Source: Microbotryum violaceum
Taxonomy: Eukaryota
Assembly (NCBI GenBank): GCA_001244265.2
Contig: CDLV01000012.1
Coordinates: 1,426,001-1,490,000 of the forward strand
DNA length: 64,000 nucleotides
Direction of reading: 5' to 3'
The notes under the pieces were generated by a model that made no database searches, had not been told where the DNA came from, and saw only the letters and a program-made list of their open reading frames with translations. Each line of letters opens with the position of its first letter. Position 1 is the stretch's first letter. A program made the translations under genes and the position numbers. This document shows, piece by piece, positions 45,415 through 59,574 of the stretch.

Positions 45415-48217
45415 TCACTTGGTAACGTAGATCTGCGCCTCATAAGCCCCAAGGGAACCACGTTTGCTAGCGCCGAACTTGAGCGATTCGACGAGCTCAA
45501 ACTCGCCCTTGACATCGGACGGCAACTCGAACGACTGCTCCTCGGCGGTAAAGTTGAGCGCGACGAACGCGACCTGGCCACTAGCGGAGCGCTTGGTGTA
45601 GAGCATCGTCTTCTCGTTGGCCTTGTCGAGTAGCTCAAAGTGGCCGTACACGAACAGGTCCTTGTGCTGCTTGCGGTACGCGATCAGCTTGCGGTAGTAC
45701 TCGAGCGGCGAGCTCGCGACGCCCTCTTGCGCCGCGACATTGATCTCTTTGTACGAGTCCATCACACGCATCCAAGTCTCGTCCGCGGTCGTAAAACCAG
45801 CCTGCTTCTCGGCGTTCCAGTGCATCGGCGTGCGGGCGTGGTCTCGACTCGTGAGCTGGATCGAGCGCTTGCCTTCCTCGACCAGCTTGGGGTCCTTCTG
45901 CTCCTCCGCGGCTTGCTTCATCTCGGTCCACTGGTTGATCGTACCGATGTCCTTGTATTCGGCGTCGATGTCCCACGACTTGGGGCAATTGATCATGCCA
46001 ATTTCCTCTGCAGGGACGAAAATGAAGTCACAGTTCTCAGCACAACGCGCCGATCGCTTGAGGATGCCTCGTATGGAACTACTAACCTCCTTGGTAGATA
46101 ATGGGCGTTCCCGAGACGGTGAGCAGGAACGTCGCGAGCAACTTGGCAGAATTCTCGCGGTGTTCAGGTGCATCCGAAGCGTAGCGGGGGATACTGCGCG
46201 CTTGATCATGGTTCTCGAGGTAGGTCACGGCCCACGCATCGTACTTCGCATCGGTCAACTGCTGGTAGTTGGCGGTGATTTCCTTGAATTTGGTCAAGGG
46301 CCAGTCGTGGTACATGAGGTTAAAGCGACCTTTGCCGTGGTCGAGATCGGCGAGATCGAATTGGATGACCATGTTGAACTCTTTGGCATCGGCGGCGACA
46401 AACTTCAGGATGTCGGGGATCAAAGGGGTGCTGGGCAGCTCTCCGATCGAGGTGCAGCTGACAAAAGAGAACGAGTGAAATGAGCTCAGATGCACCAGAT
46501 CCAAAGTGATAACACACAGTCACGGTGGGCACTCACTCATATTTAGAGAACGTCTCTTCGTACATCTCCTTGAGGAACTCGTGCAGCCTGGGTCCGTTGG
46601 AGAAGTAAAGGGGAGCAGGTTGCCACGGAGTAGTGGGGTCGACGACCGGCGCATCTGGGAACTCGATAAATTTGGAGTACTGTGAGAACCAACGAGTCAG
46701 GGTTCATGCGATCTATATCAGCTCTAGGCATCTCTGGGGCAACGCATAGCCTGCAGGGTCAGACTCACCATGTTGGCGGTGTCGATTCGGAACCCATCGC
46801 AGCCCTTGTCGAGCCAGAACTTGATCGCGTTCTCATACAGCGCCTTTCGTAGAGTCGGGTTCTCCCAATTGACGTCAGGTTGCTCGGGAACGAAGTAGTG
46901 GAGGTAATACTATAAAACGGGAATACCTCGGGAGGTGAGCATCGGAGATCTCGAAAAAATATACGGCTTTTTTTCGGCCGCTACTCCGAACTAGCGGACC
47001 CCAACATCGGCAGTGGCAGACTGACCTCTTCAGTCTTTACGTCCCAATCCCACGCCGATCCACCAAATAATCCCCTCCAGTTGCAAGGCGGCTGACGAAC
47101 CCCATCGGCATCGTACTTGGCCGGGCGCCAGATGTACCAGTCGCGCTTAGGGTTGTCCTTGCTCGACCGAGATTCTTGGAACCACTCGTGCAGATGTGAG
47201 GTGTGGTTGATGACCAGATCAAAAAGACTGCGCATATATCGATGTGCGAGAGGAGAGGGATTGGGTGTGAGCGAAGGAGCAAGGCACAGGGAGTAATGAA
47301 AAATTGGTCGATGACATAGGGGGTGATCGTCACTCACACCTTCATGCCTCGCTTGTGGCAGCCCGCGATGAGATCCTCAATGTCAGAGACCTTGCCATAG
47401 GGTTCATGGACGTCTTGGTAGTCCTAATTCGAGGCGATGATGAAAAAGTGAAGCCAAACGGTGCATGTTAGCAGATTGACCGAGCGGGACAGGAGAGAGC
47501 AGGGGTGCTACTGACCTGAATATCGTAACCATTGTCGTATTGAGGTCTATTTCGAGAGTCGGGGTAGGATCACGGTCAGCTATTCATCCCAGGAAGAGTA
47601 GAGCGGTTTTGGACATAGCCTTGGCTAAAGAAAATGGCGTCTAGAGCTGACGACGAGTGGGTGCGAAAATGGGTGGTCATCCTCCCCATCTCCGCCTCCA
47701 CGACGACAGCTCGCAGACCAGCGTGCATAGCCAGACAAAGCAACGTACGACTTGTAAAAAGGCGAGACCCAGATGATGTCGACGCCGAGTCCCTTGAGGT
47801 AGTCCAACTTTGCGATGATGCCCTTGATGTCGCCCTCGGCTTGACCGCGAGCCGACGCGAACGACCGCGGGTAAATCTGGACGGGCGCCACGCCGCGGAG
47901 GTTTCATCGTCGAGTCAGTCCGAGGTGCATGCGGCAGTGCTGGGATCCCGCTCGACTTGTATCTTCAACCAAACGAGCAGCAGAGTAGTTTCAGAGCCAT
48001 TGACTGTGCATCTGATGTCGTGCCATCGGCAGCTCGTCTCGCCTTATTCCGCGCGCCAGCCAGACGTGTCGACGACCGACATGAAACCGAGTGGGGGCGG
48101 GGTCAAGGCGGCAGCGGGGGCGAGACACCACAGAGGGCAGCAAGTGCAGCAGTGGGGGGCTGAAGCACTGACCTGGTACACAACACCTTCTTTCCACCAC
48201 TTTTGAACGTGCGACAT
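45415..48217 (-). CDS. GH13 alpha-glucosidase / maltase / oligo-1,6-glucosidase
   Basis: [62 protein letters not shown] and [11 protein letters not shown] across multiple exons. Confidence 0.93.
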
Positions 48218-48627
48218 GCTGGCAGAGGAACGAGGCGAGTGAAAACTTGAAAAGGGGCGACGTGCAGGTGACGATGGGCGAGAGCAGAGCGACGACCGCC
48301 GCAACATATCGGCCGCAACGTATCGCGGGCAGCCCGGCCGAGAGGGACCGCGAAACATCGACGCCCTGTTCAAGCGCTTGGAAGATCAACCGGTGCCAGG
48401 TGGCGGGGTAAAATCTGGGGCTTGGGGACGATCTCCAGTTCACTGCCGCAGGTTTTCTACTTCTCCTCTCACATCTTTCGCACAGAAAGAGAGTGCGAGT
48501 CCACCCCTTAGTAGTCCTTTACACATACTTACGCTCAAAAATGGGGGTTTTTTTTTTCCTGAAAGCGAGAGCGAGCCAAAGTTGAGCGGCGGAAAAACCG
48601 TGTGGAGCGAGTCCTTGCCAGCGAATT

Positions 48628-48789
48628 TGTAAGCTATGCACCTCTGATGTGCATAAAATACAATCTGCCGTTCTTTACCGCTAGGCTAAAAGCAAGTCGT
48701 AACTAGAACTCGATAATTCTAGCTACTCAGAAGCTACTGATGGGGCTATTCTGTAAGACATCCAAGGCATCCAAGGCATCCCCGTTACA
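48628..48789 (+). mobile_element. Short solo-LTR-like element, copy 2 (162 bp)
   Basis: TGTAAG...TTACA termini; flanks GAATT and GATTT (4/5 TSD match); internal 10-bp duplication of CATCCAAGG(C); aligns along its length with 33200-33338. Confidence 0.8.
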
Positions 48790-48932
48790 GATTTGATCGA
48801 TGCGGGTCCCACTGCGAGTCTGGCTGAGTTGGGTAATTACTCGCGGGCCGGCGCTTCCGTGGGCCAAGCCATGCGGAGAACGAACTTGCGGATGAACCTG
48901 GATCAATTCGACGGCAATTCTTCCGGTGCCAA

Positions 48933-48948
48933 GCGCGCGCGCGCGCGC
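48933..48948. repeat. (GC)8 alternating tract
   Basis: 16-nt perfect GC alternation. Confidence 0.9.
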
Positions 48949-49479
48949 CTCCAAGCCAGCTCTAGTTCAGTTGCGACTCAGAGTCATGCCTTGTAGTCCC
49001 AGACGAGGTGGTACATGGAAAGAGAGAGTTTCGGTTCTGCTGAATAGATATATAATCATTGGGCTACTTCCTTCAGTCAGCGTCGAGTCAGCCCTTCTCA
49101 CGACGAGAATAATCGGAGACTTTCAAGTCCGGAATGGAGATCGCTGAGCGCGCTGACCACTGAGACACCACCGAGCCCCTGAATGGAGACGAGGCCCATC
49201 TCAACGTTCAACCCCGACAATGGTGACGAAAGAATCGGCCTGTTGTATTGCTGATCTACACATAGAAGTTAGATTTTTGCATGACTGCAACTATGATGAT
49301 CTAAAGGAAGGAAACCTACATGAACTTCTGCGTTTCTACACCAAAACTAAGGTTTTCGAATTGTTAACCAACAAGGAGGGGCATTCCGGCATGACTGTCG
49401 AGTAAAGCATTCGATCACGCGTTCGGTGGTCTGACCACAAACCATCTCCATGGATACAAGAAGGGGAAAGGAAACTGAC

Positions 49480-51837
49480 CTAGACCTGTACGGTAGTGGC
49501 ATCACTCGCCGCCGAAGTCTGCTGCGTGGACGACTTCGTAAACCGATCGAACCATGTGCACCTCCCCCCAATGTAAATCACGGTGAAGGGTGTGAGCATC
49601 GCCGATAGAACGGCGCAGATTATAACCGTGATGATCCATCCCTTGCGGATACCGAGGCCTTCGATAATCTGACCCGTGATGATGGGGCCTGCAGGAGTTT
49701 CGCAACAAGAGGACCCGGCTAAGTTTGGTGCAGAATAGGCCCCCCAAAACGTAGGCGAGATCGCGGAAGACTCACCAATGAACGAGCCGATCGAGTACAT
49801 CATGTTGAAAGCGCCGTAGGCGTACGTAGAAGGCTTGAAGGGTGCAACAGACACATGAAATCAGAAACAGGCTGACGGCTGCATCGACGATCCCCGACAG
49901 TAACACTCACAAGTCCGGGGGTGTTCTGCACCACGACTGAAAGATCTTGCGTGACGGGGGTGAGGAAAAAGGACAAAGCAAAGCCGAGGATGACGAGGAA
50001 GAAGACAGTGAGGGGAAGGGGACCGTTGATTATGAGGAGCAGGTAACCCGGGAACGTGAGCAGCATGCCGATCGTCGCGATGCCCTTGGCGCCGTAGCGA
50101 TCACAGGCCCACCCCGCGAACGGCGACGCGACGATGCTGGGGGCGATTAATCCAATAAATACAAGTCCTGCGCCAAGGGAGTTGAGGCCGTAAATGTCGT
50201 TGAGATGGAGAGTTATGCCCGTGTCTAAATTCGGATGATCAAAAGACAGGTCAGTTCGAGAAACCGTCAGGAGACGAGCAGCGTCGAACATAGAAAGGCC
50301 TTGGACTGACCCAGCAGACCACCAAGTGTGATACCGTTCAACAGTGTCAAAGCAAATAGCGTAACTGGCCTCATCGATGTCGACATAATCTTCAACGCCG
50401 CCCAAGGGCCGAGTTCCGTAGCTGGTTTCCGCTCCGACTTCTCTGCTTGTCCCTTCTCCACCCCCGCAGCCGGATCAATTGACGCCGGCCGAGAACCATC
50501 AGCGATGACGGGCCTCACCTCCTGACCAGGCAAGATCTGTCCGTCTGCCTTCGCTTCATCAGTCGTCTTCTCATTGGGGTTGGTGTAGCCAGGAGCCTCA
50601 AAGTTGGGTAGGTCTATCTTGCCGGCTCGGATCCATTTCAGCGCCGTTCGCTTTTCGATGACGAACAATCGAAGGACGAAATCAACAAAGACTGCGGAGT
50701 GTGCACAGTGAAATCATGTTAGTTTCAGCACAACGATGTGGATCGTCGAAAGAAGCCGACGACGACAACATAGCGCAACTCGACGTACTCAGACACAGGG
50801 CAAAGACGAATGGTGCCCGGTAGCCCATCCTTTCGTAAAGCACACCACCGACGGGGGGTCCAATGAGCTGACCGACTGTGAATCCGACCATGACATATCC
50901 CATAATGATGCCTACTCTGGCTTCTGGTACGGAGTCGGTTACAAGCGCCAGGCCCAACGTCCAAATCCCGGTTCCGGAGATACCCCTGTGCTCGGTTTGA
51001 CGTTCCGCTTCTCGTCAGTGCTTTGTTCTCTCGGGCAAGCTAAGCGAACGCCGAATCAAAGACGACTTACTGTAAAACACGACTGACGAGCATGGCAGGG
51101 TACGAGGATGTTTCCATGAAAAGCACAACGGCAGCTGCCATAAACCCGAGAGCTATTAGGAGCGGTGTACGCTTGTCCTTGAACCGGCCGCCGACTGTTG
51201 GGTCGAGGAGTAGATACAATGCAAAGGAAGAAAGAAAAAAGGGAGGTTCAAGCATGTGTTACAACACCTTCACTGCGGGTGATACTCCAATTGCCAATTG
51301 ACCGTTTTTTGGCAGGATTTGCAAAGGCGGGCAGTGCTTCCAAAAGAGACTGACCGTAAGCGATCGGTGGAGATGAGACGATCAGACCTGCAGCGTAGGC
51401 CGCGACGAGCCATCCCGTCTTGGATCCGACATTGTCATACCCCAGCGCTTCCAGCCTGAATGGTACCTGTGGTGGACATGGGTAGGGTAGAATCGGATCG
51501 TAAGGCTTGTGATCGAGCCACCGCAGCCGAGCTCGCGTCAAAGCCAGCCTCGCACTCAGAGACTGACGACGGGGACGACGAGACCGTAGCCACTCAGATC
51601 GACGAGCACGCCGACGCCGACTGTCAGTGCGATGTACGGTGTTGACTGCGGGGAGGGGAGCAAGAGAGGTTCAGAGAGTCAGTCAGACGAGTCTGGCGTC
51701 TTTGCGACAGCGTTGCAGCCGGCTGGGAGTGTCCTCACCGATCGCAAACCGAGCAAGAAGGGCGGTCGGCCGGTGAGAGTGTTGGTCGTCTCGAGCTCCG
51801 AATCCTTCCGACGGCGGGAAATGAAAGGGATCTTCAT
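49480..51837 (-). CDS. MFS transporter (DHA1/vesicular amine transporter-like)
   Basis: RPPFLLGLRS/STPYIALTVGVGVLVD, GWLVAAYAAGLIVSSP, GQLIGPPVGGVLYERMGYRAPF, GWACDRYG and AYGAFNMMYSIGSFIG. Confidence 0.88.
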
Positions 51838-53789
51838 CCTCAGAGTACTGAGAGATGGTGAAAAGGGGAATGGGAGTTCGAGTAGAACAGTAGTTCAAGG
51901 TGGACAGGCTGGACGGAGGGAGAGAAAGCAACTGATCGGATGCGAAGCGCCTGTGACGACGGCCGGGTTGCTGCTAAGCGCTCCAAGCGCCTGCGGCGGA
52001 TGACTCGCACGGACTCTCTCGGACTAAGCTTGTATTACTAATTTTGCAAGGGGACGATGCAGAACATGCAGAACCCTTCCCCTCGCCTAGCCACTGGGCA
52101 GCGGGCGGTCACTCTCATCGACCTCAACGAAGTCCGATAAGCTCGGACCGTACCTATCACATCATGTATCATCCCAGAGAGCAGTGTCAGGGGTTGACTC
52201 GGAGACCGAAGGAACTTGAAGGTCCCGGCCACTGGGTCGTCGCGCTTAGTAGTGGGCACTGCACAGAGCGAGCTCCAAAGTCCATAGCCTGATTCAGCTC
52301 TCGGTCCACTCAATGCCACGACGTTCCATGCGAATCTGTATGGCACCCGAGCCAGTAACATATCGTGCTAGCCAGACCGTCTACCATCTAACAACAATGC
52401 ACAGTCGTCGTCGTGAATTTGCCGCCTTTTTCTGTCTCGTGTCTTGTTTCGACATGATCTTCAACTCGTCTGAGCTCTTCGCTGATTCGACGGAGGCATC
52501 GTCACATACACATTTATCACTTGTCTGTTAACTTATTACATGTTTCATCTCTCCTTGTCCGGACATCGATCATCGACCGCAAGCTCCACATCCCTGAAAG
52601 AGATCACACCCTCAAGCCAGGAAAGGGTTGGAAATCTGCGAGTCTCATATACGACCTTACTTGAACTCGTGAAAGTACTTGATGTCAAGATCGGCGATGA
52701 TTCCAGCCGCTGCGAGCGCTTGGAAAGTATCGCCGGCCACTGCACCCGTCAATCAAGTTTTCGCCGATGAATGCGCCGACGTCAATGATCGTGCATGCTG
52801 GAACCCAAATGGGACATGTAGGAGTTCTCTCAACCGAGCACTCACCATGGTCGACGACACCATTGGGCAAAGTGTACTCCTCAAAGACGAGGAACTTGTC
52901 TAGTGCGCATTGAAACATCGGAAGGCCGTAAAGTCAGCTCAGCTCCCAAGCGAGCCCGACCGATTGTCCGGAAGAGACCGTTCCACCAACGTACGGGGGT
53001 CCTCCTCGGACCTGGTGGTCCTGTAGGTATGGGTGTCCTTCTCGGCACTCGCTTCGGCCGCTGCTCGCACCTTGGCCAAAGCCGCTTGGACCTCATCCCC
53101 CTTGCCGTCTTGGAAGAGGAAGCATCGATGAGTGCACGGCGATCAGCGACCTCGCGTGGCTGACGACGAGCTCTTACAGTACATGCCTCGACTCACCCTT
53201 GGCGAGGACATTGGCCTGAGCAATCCAGTCAGATAGATGGGTTGTTATTAGTGATCGCTTGATTAGGGGTCAGGCCTTGATCGATGTCTCGCGTCGGTGT
53301 TTCGGAATCGCACCCCGGCCGCATGTGCCCACAATCGCCAGTTCGTGTTTGGCACGAGACAATGCAGCACCAGCACATGAGGGTACAGCAGTCTCAGCTC
53401 AGACTTACGACGAGGATGATCTTGCCTGACTGAGCTTTGGGGGCGTTGAATGGGAGCGACATGGTAGCGTGCGAATTGGAATCTTTAGAATGTGGGGCGC
53501 AGAGAGCAACAAGGGAACGCCGGCTCATGACCGGATCACGTCAGCTCAGCCCGCCCGTCGATCTGGGTCGGTGATGGCGGACATCTTCGGAAGTTTCTGG
53601 GCATCTTCGGATTTTGATTGCGCTCTGGCGTGAATTATGAATGAGGGCCCCGATGCTGAAACGAATGAAAGTAAAATGAATAAGAATAAAATTGGTCAAG
53701 AGATGCAGCCGATGCATATTTCTGTGCGCCTAGGTGCACCCCCCACTTCGGTGCAATTAAAAGATCGAATATACACATCACGCTAGCCA

Positions 53790-55374
53790 TCAAACCGTTC
53801 GCATATACGTATCTCCGATAGCGGTCAGGCCACCATTCGCGTTGACGTACTGGCCAGCAAAGGCGCCCTGTGAGTGTGAAGCAGGATCGGAGAGCGACGT
53901 GGGGCCGCCGAAGGGTAGGAACGGACAGTGCTGTTAGTCAGATACGCCACATGTCTCCATGCCTCCGATGCGGGTCCCGGACTTACGAAGCCTGCATAGC
54001 GCTGGATCCAAGGCGTCTTTTCGAGCCAGGGGATTACTTTCTTGAGGAACGCTTGCTGCTCCGCTGTCGTTCCCGAGCCAGCAAACTTTTTCGCGAGATG
54101 GATCAGTACCCCACACTGACCAGAACATGGAGTATACCGTATCCTCACCTCGGTGAGCCAGATGGGCTTGTTGAATTTCTTGTGCGCGTCAGTGAGATAA
54201 TTAAAAAAGTACCCGGTGTTCTGGAGCGGGCGTGCAGCACAAGTCATGCGATCAGCAAAAAAGATTTACTCGACTGCAAAGCCGGATGAAGCAAATGGAC
54301 GGTCTGGTCTATATACTGACCCATGCAGCATCATACCAATGCAAAGCAATAGCGTCGATATGGCACCGGGTGCAGTTGCCCAGAAAATCGGCCATCCAGT
54401 TAACGCCCATAGGAGCGCCGTCGGATGTGAAAGCGCCGTTTGTAACGGCCGGAGACACGAGTCGCGCTTTGCCGACGAAGGGTTCCATGTTCTGCTTCCA
54501 TAGCTGAGCTGCTCTTGCAGGCGTGATGTTGGACTGCGATGGTAGGTCGGGTTCGTTGAAGCTGGTATAGACGAAAAGGCCCGCCAGTGAGCTCGGGGCT
54601 CGACCACATGAAACAGTCTTCACGACTGCACGACACGAAGTGTTCGAGGCACCTGCGAAGTAAACATAAGGAAAGACTCACCCTAGCAGGTATTTCCCAC
54701 CTTGTGCGATTCTCTTTTTCGCAGCCGCAGACCACCCAGTTGCATCACTTCCCCAGAGCATCGGGACGAAATCGACTTCAGAGGAAAGAGCTGGCTGATT
54801 GCCGTTGGTGACCGAGTTGGCCCAATTGTAGGCCCATGCGAGAGATTTACGGCGTTCGAACTGGCTCAACAAGGACGCAGTGTTGTATCCAAGGCCCTGG
54901 TTGGTATCGAACGAAGGAATGGTGACGGGGCAGAGTCAGCGTTGGTGAGCGCGCCGGGGCGAATCACCGAGGCTTTCATTACGCCGAAGGAAGGATTCCG
55001 AGATTAATTAGCTTCGCTCGATCGAGAAGGGCAACCAACCTTCTTGGACGAAGTCGTCTTGGCCGCTCTTCTGCTGACCCGTACTTCGAGTAGAGCTTGC
55101 TCTAAGATGAGAAAGCGGCCGGAACGTGTCTCAGCTTATGTATAGAGCGGTTACTGTACGATATTTAGCGGAGACGCGGCGTGTTGCCGGGGGCAAAGCG
55201 GAGACCGATCCTGCTACGCGGAGGATCGTGCCCGCCGAGGCACCACCAGCCTGCGCCTAGAACCAGTTTGAGGTGGGTGGCAAGCGTAGAGTGGAATCAC
55301 GCACCCTTCAAGTCGAGAGCAGATGTTACGCCAATGAGCGCGGCCAGGGCAACGAAGGAGTAGCGCACGAGCAT
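53790..55374 (-). CDS. Secreted GH128 beta-1,3-glucanase (Asl1-like catalytic domain)
   Basis: Signal peptide MLVRYSFVALAALIGVTSA; KKGLGY, WAYNW, FVPMLWG, G/FNEPD, IALHWY, PIWLTE/F and RYAGF; exon phases are consistent. Confidence 0.9.
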
Positions 55375-57196
55375 GCTGACGTCGTGGATCAGGGCTGGTG
55401 TCACGTGTGGAGTCAGACGAGACGGCTGGGTGTTTGGTCAAGAAGCTGATTGTGAGGGTGAGCCAACACTCAAGCAGCATCAGTACCCTCGCTGCATGCA
55501 CGTCAGTTGTGATCGGGAGGATGGCCACTCACAGATGTCGACGAGATGATGTCCGATGGGAGACCTGCAGGCCGAAAAGGCTCTCTCGCAGACCGCCTCG
55601 GAGGCTGGAGCTCGACCTAGCTCGACAGCAAGGTCGGAGAGCGACTAATCCCACTCCGGAAGAACTCTGAAGAACTGCACGTGCCTGGGCCCGTCCAGCT
55701 CCTCGCTCAGCTGCCCTGAATTTGGTTGAGTCGCCACCACAACAAAGTCTCAGGAAACCCGTAGCCGGTGACGAAACCGATAACGCAATCCTTGCTTTGT
55801 AGTGGAACGCGCTCGGATGTCGGACCCGGTTACCCCACTCAAGTGTACAGCTGAGGTGAGTGGCTGTGTTGTGCGCCGGCACGTCCGAGTACTAATGATA
55901 TCCCATGGGTTTAGACTGGCCCGATCACGGCGAAAGTGGACTGGCTCGCTAAAGGACCTTCAATAAGCCAACACGAAAACAACGTTGCTGTTAGGTGTGT
56001 AAAGGCACTACATACAGTTCCCCTTCGCAGAGAACGACAACTCTACGCGCTCCCCAGAGCTGCCCCCGCGCTTTCGTCAAGTTACTCGAAACGCCTAGTA
56101 GAGTTGAATTTGACTGAGCCAGTTCGGCAGTAGGTAGATACGATAAAAATGCATGGATTGCCTCATTTGAGTTTGATCTGTAGACTTTTAAAACCGCTAG
56201 ATTTTTCAAGAGGAATCATCAGGAGACGCGAGGTTTCGTAAAGATCAGAACGGGGAAGCCAAGCGTGATGACAGGGGGCCAGCAGAGCTCGATGGGCGTG
56301 TCGGGATTGAGCATCCCCCTTCTGCCCTCATCGGAAGACTTAAAAGTGCCACGTACGAGTACCCACCTACCACATAGAGTCCAATCTACTGAATCTTCAG
56401 AGGCTGATTGCTAGACCCCGACATTTTTGGGACCGAAGTCTCGGGGAGTGGGGACCGCCAACGGGGGCCCTGGTCCAAGCGATCCAACGCTGAGTCCGAA
56501 ATGAACGGTATTGTGAAAGACGGTACGGGCAACATCCGCAGCACTTCTCGTGCAGCGCTCCGAAGGTTTAAACTTGTTCACACTCTGATGTCATTGAAGG
56601 ATCGACCCGGACCGTAATATGAAATCCTCGCCAAAATGTGCCCCCGGCAGCGACCAAGGGAGAATTGACGAATGGAAATGCGGTAATCCCATCAAGGCTT
56701 TCTCTTTACATGCTCAAACAAGAATCGGTTCTACAGACCTCGTCGGAGCATAAGCGTTGGCCGAATGAACTTTGTTCCGCCAACTTGAATTCTTGAAGGT
56801 CCTCATTTCGTTGAAGGCGAGATTGGGCGGGGAATGCACTAGGCCAGCGCGGCGCCCACGTTGAATGATCGTGCCGCATTACGATCGCGAGCGCCGGAAC
56901 CCTGTCGGCTGGCATTTCTCGACTGCATTTCGGTGAGCTGCTTTTCGTCGTCGAACTTGATCAGTCGCCACGGCCTATTAGGTAATAATCACTTGTTGTC
57001 TGGGCAGTGGGCATTGAGATCTTCTTGCCGCATGAAGTTTTGGCTGCACCCCTAGATTAGCTAGCTACTCTGCTCTGCTTAAGTGTCTACTATCTACCAA
57101 TAAGTACCTGAGTACCTACCTACCTAGGTCATGTGGAGTGACTGATTACACTGTTGAGCATCGTTGAAGAAGGCAAATTGCCCAAGCATCGTGCAA

Positions 57197-57271
57197 TGTC
57201 ATAATATCAAGGGGATGCCTTACAGCGAAGCCCAATAGGTAGCCCTAGATCTAGTTACGACTTGCTTTTAG
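57197..57271 (-). mobile_element. Partial relic of the same short LTR family, copy 3
   Basis: The reverse strand shares the exact 22-mer CTAAAAGCAAGTCGTAACTAGA and GCTAC..TGGGCT..GTAAGGCATCCCCTT, ending ..ATGACA; no TSD found. Confidence 0.7.
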
Positions 57272-58407
57272 TCGTATACAATGCCGTAAAGTGTGTAACA
57301 AGGTTTGCGAAGCCGCTTTGCAGTCCAAAGCATGGTCGATCGAGATTACTGGAGTAATTATTGCCTCTTAAAGACTAAAGTTCACATCGAAAGTATTTTC
57401 AGGAGATCGATTGGCGCGGTCAGAGCTCCATGTTCTGCGATTGGCAGGTTGATCTCGATCGAGTATGGGGCGAAAGGCTTCGGAACATTCACCGACTTGG
57501 ACTCGTCGTACTCTTGTATGCGGTACAAAACTTGCGCAGGGCAATGATCTCATCGAGCAGCATGCTAGCAATCGAGAATGTGAAGCGAGATATGCCTGAC
57601 GGGGTCAGGAAGCAGAGAGAGAAGGAAAAGGAGTCCAGTCGCGTCGAGGCTGACGCGCCGGTATGTTACCCGCCAGTATAGGCCAGTGTGACGGTATTGC
57701 TAGAGTGCGCTTTACAGTTCAAGCGTCAAGACACGCGACGGGCGTCAGGTGACAATACGCATCCATCGACCTGATCATGACTCGGAGTGAAGTCACGTGA
57801 GTGCGCTACTAATGTTACACGTGTTATACATGTTGTACACAAATCTTCCAATAGCATAAACTCGTCACACGTAACATGTGTAACATGGCTGTTACCAGCC
57901 TTAATTCGAAGGCCGTCCCGCCGGGGCCCGAAATCTGCATTGTGAATTGGCCCGGCGGGGCAGCTTTTCCTTCTCGCGGCGTGAGAGATATACCTACTCT
58001 TCATTATTGCTCAAGCAGTGTTTTGACGTTCTTGCATCAAACTCTTCCATGTTTATGATCAGTTCGGGCGATGCATAGAGCAAACGTCGAATGGCAAGGT
58101 ACGTGGATCCCTAATGAGACTGGGACCTGAGACGCGCCTCCCTGCGCAAGATCAACGATCAACTCGCACGCGGTGCCAGCAATTTATGGAAGGGCGTGCC
58201 TGGAACCCCATCGGTGATAGGTACCTCTGGCTTGGAAGATTATTCGTCGACGATCTTTGCTTGTTGCTCAAACAACAACAAAACGTTCATTTCGCCGACC
58301 CGTTTTCTGGAACGTCTCTTCTCTTTCCCTTCATCACTTCATCTTTGCTTCGTTTCCCCGATCCTTGTCACTCCTTTCGACCCCACACTCCTTTCGAGTC
58401 CATCATC

Positions 58408-59574
58408 ATGCTCGCCGCTCAACTCCTCACCCTGCTCGCTGTGTCTATGCCCGCGCTCGCGCTCTCGGGTTAGTGATTTTATTACATCGCCTCATTACGG
58501 TCTATATTATATTTGTCCCTGACGTGTGCTGCGGCCCATGCTGTATCAGAGACAGCCTCCACAGGCCTTGACCAACGCAGCTTGCAGCTTGACGCCTCCG
58601 CTCACCTCGCCCTCGCCCGAGCGCGCGCTGCCAAACGTGCCACAGCGACCGCCTCCGATCTAGCCAAGCGTGCCTTCGATGTCGCGTACGCCGCCATTGG
58701 GCTAACCCGAAGGGACTTTGTCGATCATTCGGCTTTGAGCAAGCGCTCGCAACCAAGGATCCGTTGCCGACTTGGCCGAGAAAGTGAGTTGAGGATATGT
58801 TGTTCGCTCATGCGCATAGCGGAGAATGGCGCATAAAAGAAAGTTATACTTATTTTTCTGGTATCTACGCCCACCTGCCCGTCTTCCATCGTTGCAAGCG
58901 ACGCCCAAGCCCAAGCTGACACCCTCTGCGCTCGCCAGCTGAGGAACAAGCTCGACTATAACCCCTAGACGGCGACCGTCAAGTGCAACCAAGTGTGTGA
59001 AGTCACCTGCAACGACGGCTACACCGCTCAGCGATCGGACAGGGCGACTGCTTGCATCAAGAATGTCGACAAGTGCAGGAACAAGACGTGCGCCCAGGAC
59101 AGCAACGGCGTCAGTTCGTGCAACGATGGCAAGTGTTCTCTCGAATGCACGACCCGCGGCTACAGCCTCAGCAAGGCCAGCACGGCTTGCATCGCTTTCG
59201 GTTCGGACGCCAACAACTGCGGTGCTGTGAGTCACATGTTGTTGCGCTCCCGTGCGTCCTCTTTTGCTCTGGTTCCGCGCCTGTTCTGACCCTCTGTGCT
59301 TCGCGGATAAATGATCACTGTACCATGCGTTCACGATGCAGGAGGGCAACAAATGCAAGGCATCTTACGATGGACGATTCGTTGCCACCTGCGAGAATGG
59401 AAAGTGCTCGTTGGGTAAGTACTCACTGCGCTGTTTGCAGTTCTTGGCTTCGGCGTCACGCCACTTTGACTGAACCCCTATCCCCGATTGCGCCCCCGTC
59501 CCTCCGCAGACTGCCCCAGTGGTTTCAAGGCCGGTACGAACAAGCGCAAGCAGTCGACTTGCGTTCGTATCTAA
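58408..59574 (+). pseudogene. Secreted Cys-rich protein with KR/RR-containing propeptide (PriA/CPL1-like motif), apparently inactivated
   Basis: Signal peptide MLAAQLLTLLAVSMPALALS; several KR/RR sites; many Cys including SDANNCGA/EGNKC; in-frame TAG at 58966-58968. Confidence 0.7.

Noticed and set aside
45415..51837. MAL-type maltase-permease cluster
   Set aside because: The adjacent MFS protein looks DHA1/VMAT-like rather than a sugar porter, and the Zn-cluster gene is 16 kb away behind unrelated genes.
52540..53200. Short ORFs between the MFS and GH128 genes
   Set aside because: No recognisable domain or coherent exon chain; may be decayed sequence.
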